DNA of 13,931 nt. It comes from Promethearchaeati archaeon (GTDB taxonomy: Archaea; Asgardarchaeota; Heimdallarchaeia; JABLTI01). Under the pieces are notes generated by a model. It worked only from the letters and a program-made list of their open reading frames with translations. It was not told the DNA's origin and did not search any database. The DNA is taken from assembly GCA_013166835.1 (NCBI GenBank), contig JABLTI010000132.1:1-13931 (forward strand), given 5' to 3'. This document shows positions 7,142 through 13,931 of this stretch, one piece after another. A program made the position numbers and the translations under genes. Each line of letters starts with the position of its first letter. Position 1 is the first letter of the stretch.

Positions 7142-7786
7142 TTAGCGGATTTTTACATCCCTAACGTCAATGTTTATCTTATGATATCTTCCCACAAAAA
7201 GTGGTTGAGCAGGATTCGTAATATCAACAATTGCCATGCCAAAAATACCATACGCAAGATAGGCATATACCCCATCTATATCGACTCCATAACAGGTTGC
7301 TATGCCAAACTGATCTTTCATAGTAAATAAAACAACAGGACTAATTTTGTTTGTAATATCTATAATTACAAATCCATTTAAACCATAACATAAGTATGCA
7401 ACATCCCCTTGTATGTAAACACTATAAGCTATTTCTGTTCCATTTATGAAAAAGCCTATCTCAGTGATGTTTGTTTTATCTGTTAAATTGAGTATTCTAA
7501 AACCATTAATACCATCAGCTAAATATGCGAAGTCTCCATCAATAACTAAATCTCGGGCATCAACAGAACTATAATTTCCATATAGAGTATAATTATGGAG
7601 ATAGCTATCCATACTCAAAGTAGTATCTTTTAGATCCAAACCTTGTTTGACCAAAAGATTATCATCAATGCTAATTTCCTCATTCTTAAAATCATCATTT
7701 TGCTGGTGTGGTTGAAATGATAGCGTCAACAGCACAGCAAACATAAATGAATAGAGTAATATGTTTCTAGTTGTTTTCCAAGTCAT
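7142..7786 (-). CDS. Large surface protein, N-terminal part: signal peptide + LVIVD beta-propeller repeats (probably the same gene as 4875..7112)
   Basis: N-terminal basic + hydrophobic stretch, then three LVIVD units (GDFAYLADG..GFRILN, GDVAYL.YG..GFVIIDITN, GVYAYLAYG..GMAIVDITNP). It stops in the middle of a repeat. GAGGA lies upstream of the ATG. Confidence 0.85.
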   Translation of the reverse strand: MTWKTTRNILLYSFMFAVLLTLSFQPHQQNDDFKNEEISIDDNLLVKQGLDLKDTTLSMDSYLHNYTLYGNYSSVDARDLVIDGDFAYLADGINGFRILNLTDKTNITEIGFFINGTEIAYSVYIQGDVAYLCYGLNGFVIIDITNKISPVVLFTMKDQFGIATCYGVDIDGVYAYLAYGIFGMAIVDITNPAQPLFVGRYHKINIDVRDVKIR

Positions 7787-8011
7787 TGTGGACTATCCTC
7801 AGATATTTTTATCGCAAATATATTAACTGTATATTTTTTAGCTACGTTTTTGTATAAAAAATTATTATCCTTTTTGAATTTTTAGTTACTCTTGGAATCC
7901 AAATATATCGTTTATCTTGGTTTTGTTCGTAATAAAAAGCAGTTATTATTGGAAATCATCTGAGCTAATCTAATAGTAAGTCTTTTAATTAATAAGGAAG
8001 ATTTTTTCTGC

Positions 8012-8812
8012 ATGAAAACAGTAGTAATTCTAACTCAACCTAGAAGTGGTTCTTCACTATTAGCAGGAATATTGCATCATATGGGAGTTTACATGGGAGA
8101 AGAAAAGGAACTCCAAAGAGGTGAATATAAAAATAAACTAGGTTCATATGAAGACCATCGATTTTTGGCAATAAACCATAATATCTTGTTCAAAGCTGAA
8201 AGATTGATGGGGTATCATAACAGGTTTAGCGATGAAGATGGAAAAGTAGAAGCAGCTGTTAAAGAATATATGAAAGAACTTGAGGAATATGTTAAGGAAA
8301 ATGAAAAGAAATTCTGGGGCTTCAAAGAAGCAGTTGTTATTTATACAATCCCTTATTTTGAACATCTACTAAAGGATCCTCATTATATTGTCTTACATCG
8401 TGATGCTGAGAGTGTAGCTAATTCGCAAATTAGAGCTGGGAAACTTAGAAATTGGCCACATGAGATAAAATCAGAATTTTCTTATTTCACACCAAAATTA
8501 CGTTTTAAATTATTTCTGAGAACAATGAAAACAACTTTCACCAAAGGATTTGTTTATAGAAAAAAATCATTTATAGTAAAACTAACTTTAGACGCACAAG
8601 AACGAATCAAGCAATTTGTTAAAACTAGAAAACATATAGTAATTGAATTACCTGAAATTATTGCCAAATCTGAAGAGTCTGTTGGCAAGATCATCAAATT
8701 CCTAGATCTAAAACCTACAAAAGAACAAATCAAGAATGCTCTTGATTTCATTCGTCCTGAACTCATAACATCTGAAATCAAAAAGAAAGATGTGAAAGAA
8801 GATGATAATTGA
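8012..8812 (+). CDS. PAPS-dependent sulfotransferase family protein
   Basis: 5'-PSB loop QPRSGSS.LAGIL, then YED, WGFKE, and the 3'-PB motif HRDAESVANS (R-x7-S). Confidence 0.85.
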   Translation: MKTVVILTQPRSGSSLLAGILHHMGVYMGEEKELQRGEYKNKLGSYEDHRFLAINHNILFKAERLMGYHNRFSDEDGKVEAAVKEYMKELEEYVKENEKKFWGFKEAVVIYTIPYFEHLLKDPHYIVLHRDAESVANSQIRAGKLRNWPHEIKSEFSYFTPKLRFKLFLRTMKTTFTKGFVYRKKSFIVKLTLDAQERIKQFVKTRKHIVIELPEIIAKSEESVGKIIKFLDLKPTKEQIKNALDFIRPELITSEIKKKDVKEDDN

Positions 8813-9623
8813 TGGACATGCACATGCAACAGCTGAATTCGCTGATCCAAAGAAATTGAATAAGATAATGAAAGAATTAAATGTAGCCAAAGTAGTTTTA
8901 TGCCCAGGCAGAGGGTTGGATCCTGACTATGAACCCCTCAGACCAAAAGTAAGACAATCACTGCTAGTTACAAACCATAGAATTCTATTCTTTTCGAATC
9001 ATCTGTTGAGAAGATGGTCTAAAGATGTAACTGACAGAGATTTAGGGAACGAATACATCTTCAAATTAACAAAAGAAATGCCAGGGAAAATCATTCAATT
9101 TTATTGGGTGAATTTTCTGAACGAAAATTTCTATTCAATAATGGTTAATGCTTATAAGAGGATGAAATATCAAGGAATTAAACTTCATCAGGCTGTTGTT
9201 CCGTTTGACAATGAAGGCGAGGAACTTGAACAAGTAGTAAAATTTGCTGGTGAGAACAACCTTCCAATATTCATACATATCTTCAATTCAAAAGAAGCTA
9301 ATAAACTAGTAAAAGTAGCTAGAAGATTTCTAAAAACAAATTTTATAATTGCTCATTTGATGGGGTTAGAAAATGTAATAAAACACGGGAAGGATTTGAG
9401 TAATTTTTACTTTGATATTTCAACATATTTCATCATAAGTGAACGTCGCATAAGAAAAGCAATTAAGCACTTCGGAGCAGATCATGTTTTTCTTGGATCA
9501 GATACACCAATGGGTTATGATAACCTTAAAAATAACTTGGGAAAAATTCAGAACATGGACTTGACTTCTGATGAAAAAGAATTAATTCTTGGTAAAGCAA
9601 TTGCAAAACTACTTAGATTATAA
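8802..9623 (+). CDS. Metal-dependent amidohydrolase family protein (Amidohydro_2-like TIM barrel)
   Basis: Motifs IIDGHAH, GIKLH, LPIFIH, IIAHL, YFDIS and FLGSDTP. Overlaps the sulfotransferase by 11 nt. Confidence 0.88.
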   Translation: MIIDGHAHATAEFADPKKLNKIMKELNVAKVVLCPGRGLDPDYEPLRPKVRQSLLVTNHRILFFSNHLLRRWSKDVTDRDLGNEYIFKLTKEMPGKIIQFYWVNFLNENFYSIMVNAYKRMKYQGIKLHQAVVPFDNEGEELEQVVKFAGENNLPIFIHIFNSKEANKLVKVARRFLKTNFIIAHLMGLENVIKHGKDLSNFYFDISTYFIISERRIRKAIKHFGADHVFLGSDTPMGYDNLKNNLGKIQNMDLTSDEKELILGKAIAKLLRL

Positions 9624-9881
9624 TTTCTCGCCTTTTCTCTGGATATAATAAATAACAGTACCATCATCTAATTCTTCTCTTGATACAATTTTGTGGTTGA
9701 AATTTCTACAAAATCTAGGTATACTATTATGTGAGTGAGGAGTATCTGAACTTACTTTTAGGATGCCACCCATTGGAACTTTACGGATGCTTAACCTAAC
9801 TCGCATCGAAGGAATTGGACATGGAACACCCTTCGCATTGACAAATAAATCAAATTTTTCTTCTTTTTTAATAATCGTCAT
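9618..9881 (-). CDS. tusA: TusA/SirA family sulfur carrier protein
   Basis: NAKGVPCPIP (CPxP), G.ILKV.SD...S...IP.FC and YYIQR. The ATG at 9881 gives 87 aa, a typical size; the 9944 start only adds AT-rich promoter-like sequence. Confidence 0.88.
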   Translation of the reverse strand: MTIIKKEEKFDLFVNAKGVPCPIPSMRVRLSIRKVPMGGILKVSSDTPHSHNSIPRFCRNFNHKIVSREELDDGTVIYYIQRKGEKL

Positions 9882-10017
9882 TGATAGATGTATAACACTA
9901 TTACTTAAAAAAACTATTACTTTTTTTAATAAAAATTGATTCAAAGTATAGAAATAAATGTATCTAGTAATAGTTTGTAATTAATTACTTTTTAATAAAA
10001 TCCAGCACTAATTAAAT
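9882..10017. promoter_or_regulatory. Divergent promoter region tusA / DUF547 with repeated motifs
   Basis: ACTATTACT at 9897-9905 and 9913-9921, and inverted at 9966-9974. Palindrome GTAATTAATTAC at 9977-9988. TATA-like TTTTTAATAAAA at 9989-10000. Confidence 0.5.
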
Positions 10018-10707
10018 ATGATAAAGATGGCTGTAAGAAAGAGTAAAAAAATATCTAATCCTGTAATTTCGAAATGGATTAATCATCAAGGAAAAGTTGA
10101 TTATTCGTTACTAAAAAAAGATCAATGGTTTTGGGAACAAATTTTCGCTTTAGAAAATGCTAATCTTCGCAAATATTCCCGTCATGAAAAGCTGGCTTTT
10201 TGGTTGAATACTTATAATCTATTAACAATTAAGGGAGTACTAATTGAATTAGAAAAGAATCCTAAGTGGAAAGGGAATGTTACTTCATTAGTGAAATTAA
10301 GATTTTTCATTCTTAGAAAATTTCTTGTTGCTGGTAAGAAACTCAGTTTGAATTATATAGAAAATAGCATTATACGTCGAAGATTCAAGGATCCTAGAGT
10401 TCATTTTGCATTAAACTGCGGAAGTGCAAGTTGTCCCTTTTTACCCAACAAGCTATTTCAAGCTGAAAGTTTGGATAAATACCTAGAAAATCTAACCAAA
10501 TTTTTCATAAACTCAGGAAATGTAAGAATAGATGAAGAAACTAGAACTGTTTATCTTTCGCGCATCTTCAAGTGGTATAAGAGAGATTTCGATATAGTTG
10601 GGGGATTAGAACAATTTATCAATAAATATTGGAAAGAGGATGCAATCGATTTTTCCAAGTATCTGATTAAGTTTGAAGAATACGATTGGAGTTTAAATAA
10701 ACAATAG
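10018..10707 (+). CDS. DUF547 domain protein
   Basis: Motifs G.VDY, EKLAFWLNTYN, LSL..IE..IIR, DPRVHFALNCGSASCP, LSRIFKWY..DF and YDWSLN. The start may be 10027. Confidence 0.9.
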   Translation: MIKMAVRKSKKISNPVISKWINHQGKVDYSLLKKDQWFWEQIFALENANLRKYSRHEKLAFWLNTYNLLTIKGVLIELEKNPKWKGNVTSLVKLRFFILRKFLVAGKKLSLNYIENSIIRRRFKDPRVHFALNCGSASCPFLPNKLFQAESLDKYLENLTKFFINSGNVRIDEETRTVYLSRIFKWYKRDFDIVGGLEQFINKYWKEDAIDFSKYLIKFEEYDWSLNKQ

Positions 10708-10724
10708 AAATAAAAAACAATTAT

Positions 10725-11642
10725 TCATTGCCATAAATCTGTAGATAAATATCGTTCACCTGTATCAGGCAGAATAATTATTATCCTCTCTTTTTTCTTA
10801 CTTTTCTTTGCATATTTTAATGCCGTTGCTAAAGCAGCTCCTGAGGATTTTCCTGCAAAGATCCCTTCTTTTCTTGCTAATAATCGACTCCCTTCATAGG
10901 CATCTTTTTTAGAAATTGAAACAACTTCATCATAAATTTCAGTATTGAGAACATCTGGAATAAAACCTGCTCCCATACCTTCAAGATTATGAACACCAGG
11001 TTTCCCTCCAGAAAGTATTGGAGAATCTATTGGTTCAACTGCAATAATATGGATTTTAGGATTATGTTCTTTCAATGCTTCACCTGTTCCAGTTATAGTT
11101 CCTCCAGTTCCCACACAAGAAATAAAAACATCGATATCTTTATTCATATCTTCCCAGATCTCTTGTGCAGTTGTTTGTCTGTGAACTTCCGGATTTGCTT
11201 TGTTTATGAATTGATTTACTAAGAAAACATCCTTTGATTTTGAACTATACTCATACGCTCTTTTTAAAGCGCCTTCTATTAACTCATCAGCTGGTGTTAA
11301 AATAATCTTAGCACCAAACGCTCTCATTATTTTTTGTCTTTCTGCACTTGCGTTTTCAGGCATAAATATTGTTAATTCATATCCCTTAACCGCACAAACA
11401 AGAGCTAATCCTATTCCAGTATTTCCAGAAGTTACTTCTGTAATTTTACTTCCTTTAGAAATTAATTCCCTTTTTTCAGCTTCTTCAATCATACTTAAAG
11501 CAGCTCTATCTTTAATACTAGATCCAGGATTGAAGGATTCAATTTTTGCGAATATCTCAGCTTCCAGATCTTTTGAAATTTTGTTTAATTTAACTATAGG
11601 AGTCTTACCAATAGTCTCTAGAATATTGTCAAAATAAGTCAT
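10725..11642 (-). CDS. cysK: Cysteine synthase (O-acetylserine sulfhydrylase, PLP-dependent)
   Basis: Motifs IGKTPIVKL, KIESFNPGSSIKDR (PLP Lys), TSGNTG, NQF.N.ANP..H..TT, GTGGT and PDTGERYLST. The ATG at 11642 is preferred; an alternative GTG is at 11651. Confidence 0.95.
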   Translation of the reverse strand: MTYFDNILETIGKTPIVKLNKISKDLEAEIFAKIESFNPGSSIKDRAALSMIEEAEKRELISKGSKITEVTSGNTGIGLALVCAVKGYELTIFMPENASAERQKIMRAFGAKIILTPADELIEGALKRAYEYSSKSKDVFLVNQFINKANPEVHRQTTAQEIWEDMNKDIDVFISCVGTGGTITGTGEALKEHNPKIHIIAVEPIDSPILSGGKPGVHNLEGMGAGFIPDVLNTEIYDEVVSISKKDAYEGSRLLARKEGIFAGKSSGAALATALKYAKKSKKKERIIIILPDTGERYLSTDLWQ

Positions 11643-11653
11643 ATGAAACACTT

Positions 11654-12454
11654 TTACTGATTCTTGTTTTCTAATTGTTCTTCTAACTTCTTTATTCTTT
11701 TTTCCATTTTCTTTAGATATTTCTGTATTGGATCCGGTAATTTGCTATGTGTAAGATCTACTCCTTTCTTTTGTTCTTTAATCGATTTCGAAACTACTCT
11801 TCCAGGAACACCAACAACAACTGAATTAGGGGGGATATCATTAATGACGACACTGTTTGCACCAATTTTTACATTGTCACCAACTATGATTGGGCCAAGG
11901 ATTTTTGCTCCAGCACCAATAACAACATTGTTTCCTATTGTTGGATGACGTTTCTTTCGTTCTAAACTAACTCCTCCCAAAGATACTCCTTGATAAATGG
12001 TTACATTATCACCGATTTCAGCAGTTTCTCCAATAACCACTCCTTTCCCATGGTCAATAAAGAAATCTGACCCTATTTTCGCACCTGGATGGATATCTAT
12101 TCCTGTTATTTGCGCAGCTAGATTTGATAAGTATCTCGGAACAAAAGGTAAACCAAGTTTCCATAAGAAGTGAGCAACACGATAAATAAGAACTGCTTGA
12201 ATACCTGGATATGAAGTCAAAACACTAACAATGCTATCAGCAGCAGGATCTTTTTTGAAAGCTGCTGTAACATCAGAAGCAAAATGCTGGAAAATTTGTT
12301 CGACATCATCTATTATGGTGTCTCTTTGTTCATCGGGAATTTCATAATCTAAATTCATAAAGCAATCTGCACATACATTTACAACATTCTCTTTATCATT
12401 AAGAGTGCTTTTACATTCTAAACATTTAGCGAGTTCATTTAATTTAATAGACAT
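11654..12454 (-). CDS. cysE: Serine O-acetyltransferase with an N-terminal Cys4 extension
   Basis: Motifs DPAA, YPG..A...[36 protein letters not shown], hexapeptide repeats and H..LPDP. Lies directly upstream of cysK. Confidence 0.95.
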   Translation of the reverse strand: MSIKLNELAKCLECKSTLNDKENVVNVCADCFMNLDYEIPDEQRDTIIDDVEQIFQHFASDVTAAFKKDPAADSIVSVLTSYPGIQAVLIYRVAHFLWKLGLPFVPRYLSNLAAQITGIDIHPGAKIGSDFFIDHGKGVVIGETAEIGDNVTIYQGVSLGGVSLERKKRHPTIGNNVVIGAGAKILGPIIVGDNVKIGANSVVINDIPPNSVVVGVPGRVVSKSIKEQKKGVDLTHSKLPDPIQKYLKKMEKRIKKLEEQLENKNQ

Positions 12455-12502
12455 ATTCTCTCAATAACAAAATAGTTGAATTTTCCTATTATTATTCCGA
12501 TT

Positions 12503-12560
12503 CAAAAAATAATGAAAAGTATATGAAAATAAACAGAAAATAAGATAAAAATGGAAAAAA
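12503..12560 (-). terminator. Oligo-T tracts downstream of the beta-propeller gene
   Basis: Several T4-T6 runs on the minus strand directly after the stop at 12567-12569. Confidence 0.4.
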
Positions 12561-12566
12561 GTTAAC

Positions 12567-13889
12567 TTAAGCTTTCTTCCAGTATGTTATGAGTATTCCA
12601 ACGATAAAGAGAATTGCAAAAACACCAATTAGGCCACCTATGATTGATCCAAAAATTCTACCGTATGGCCCCATCGGTGGGAAATATGTTACAGTGTAGT
12701 CCTCGTAAACAATAATGACGACATCATAACCACTAGTAGCATTATTTGATCGTCCTAATGTATACATCAAATTCCCATGTGCTTGAATATCATCCGGTTG
12801 ATCTGCAAGTGGTCCCTTATATGAGTCATTCCAAAGTAAGGTTCCGTTTGGTAGAAATTCACCCATTATTATGTCCCCTGTTGTACTATAGAAATCAGTA
12901 TATCCTGCAATGACTGGGTTTCCATGATCATTCATTGTAATAGAATTACCATGATCTGTTTGTAAGTTCCAAGTGGCATTCCACAGTATTTCCCCTGTAT
13001 AATTAAATTTGACAATAGCAGCATCAGCAATACCAAGATCACCAACAACGTATATGCTTTCACCGGATAAGGCAACATCATACCCTCGATCATTCGGATT
13101 TGTGTCACCAACAGTTCTATTCCAGAGATGATATCCTGTTGCATTTAGTTTAATCAACACTAAATCCATTAGGTTTCCTGGAGGGCAATTATCCGTTGAA
13201 GCTCCAATATAGAAATTACCTTCGGAATCTATCACTGTTCCACCAGGGATAATTTGCTCTCTTGGGGCTGTGTTTCCGTAATAAAATGTATCTTGATATG
13301 TTCCGCTGAGAGAGTATTTTTGAATGAACAAATCACCTTGAGAACTGTTACATGCACCGGTCAAATACACGAAATCTGAAGCTATGGAGACACTTGTTAC
13401 ATCATCTTCTTGGTTAGGATCGTGTCTTGTAATGTTCCACAATCTTGTTCCATTATGAGCAAATTTCACAAGAAAGGCATCATGAATGTATGTGGCACCA
13501 CCAATATGTGTAACGATTGTTCCTCCAACATAGATATTACTACCATCAATAACGAGGCCAGCAGGTCTTGCGGAATCAGGGGTTTTCCATGTTACATTCC
13601 AGAGGAGATTCATCTCAGGATTATACTTCATTACCCAGACATCTTCGCCTGTGATACCGAATGATTTTGAATAACAGGTTACATATAAAAAGCCATTTGC
13701 ATCTACTTGAGCAAAAACTGAGCCCTCATCTTGATCTCCACCCCAATTTACTTCTTTGGGATCGTCTTGATAACCAAAGTGTTCAGTTGGATTTGTGATC
13801 GCGCCATCTATACCTGTAAATGCTAAGAAATTGCATATGATTAGTAACCCGAGAAATGATGTAAACACGAATTTTATTTTTATTTTCAA
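12567..13889 (-). CDS. Membrane-anchored extracellular beta-propeller protein (SBBP-like repeats)
   Basis: Signal peptide, about 7 repeats of D..GN.YV.G...D....K.N..G..LWN.TW, and a C-terminal TM helix followed by KKA. The TTG at 13889 is preferred over 13910 because GGAGGA (13896-13901) lies 6 nt upstream. Confidence 0.85.
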   Translation of the reverse strand: MKIKIKFVFTSFLGLLIICNFLAFTGIDGAITNPTEHFGYQDDPKEVNWGGDQDEGSVFAQVDANGFLYVTCYSKSFGITGEDVWVMKYNPEMNLLWNVTWKTPDSARPAGLVIDGSNIYVGGTIVTHIGGATYIHDAFLVKFAHNGTRLWNITRHDPNQEDDVTSVSIASDFVYLTGACNSSQGDLFIQKYSLSGTYQDTFYYGNTAPREQIIPGGTVIDSEGNFYIGASTDNCPPGNLMDLVLIKLNATGYHLWNRTVGDTNPNDRGYDVALSGESIYVVGDLGIADAAIVKFNYTGEILWNATWNLQTDHGNSITMNDHGNPVIAGYTDFYSTTGDIIMGEFLPNGTLLWNDSYKGPLADQPDDIQAHGNLMYTLGRSNNATSGYDVVIIVYEDYTVTYFPPMGPYGRIFGSIIGGLIGVFAILFIVGILITYWKKA

Positions 13890-13931
13890 ATTATATCCTC
13901 CAGATTCCAAGATTTACATTCAATGAACTAT

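Noticed and set aside
5552-7330. ORFs 5552..5791 (-) and 7112..7330 (+)
   Set aside because: Alternative-frame or antisense overlaps of the surface-protein gene.
8144-8890. Minus-strand ORFs 8144..8365, 8554..8850 and 8708..8890
   Set aside because: Antisense shadows of the sulfotransferase and amidohydrolase.
9882-9944. 21-aa N-terminal extension of TusA in the ORF track
   Set aside because: It covers AT-rich promoter-like sequence; the 9881 start gives the normal family length.
10989-13664. ORFs 10989..11222, 11664..11948, 12932..13144 and 13410..13664
   Set aside because: All lie inside well-supported genes (cysK, cysE, beta-propeller) and have no motifs.
1-13931. tRNA/rRNA, CRISPR array, transposase/integrase, selenoprotein recoding
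   Set aside because: Intergenic gaps are short and AT-rich, no such motifs were seen by eye, and the TGA stops fall at natural protein ends. tRNAscan-SE or Infernal would be needed to exclude small RNAs.

Overview
AT-rich, gene-dense chromosomal window that is most likely archaeal. An Asgard/Heimdallarchaeia-like origin is inferred from the oligo-T terminator-like tracts, GGAGGA ribosome-binding sites and membrane-anchored, sequon-rich surface proteins. I see no rRNA, tRNA, CRISPR array or mobile element. About 14 genes fall into two themes. The first is sulfur handling: a CstB-like persulfide dioxygenase-rhodanese fusion, an overlapping sulfotransferase + amidohydrolase pair, TusA, DUF547, and a cysE-cysK operon whose CysE carries an unusual N-terminal CxxC-x13-CxxC extension. 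The second is the cell surface: a GT2 glycosyltransferase, a large LVIVD + 18x DxDxDG single-pass protein with a cytoplasmic winged-helix-like tail, and a beta-propeller protein. Also present are a MutY-like glycosylase without its Fe-S cluster, a P-loop-like protein without its P-loop, and two hypothetical proteins. Two genes are broken by frameshifts at short homopolymers (G6 at 186-191, T5 at 7150-7154); these may be sequencing or assembly errors.
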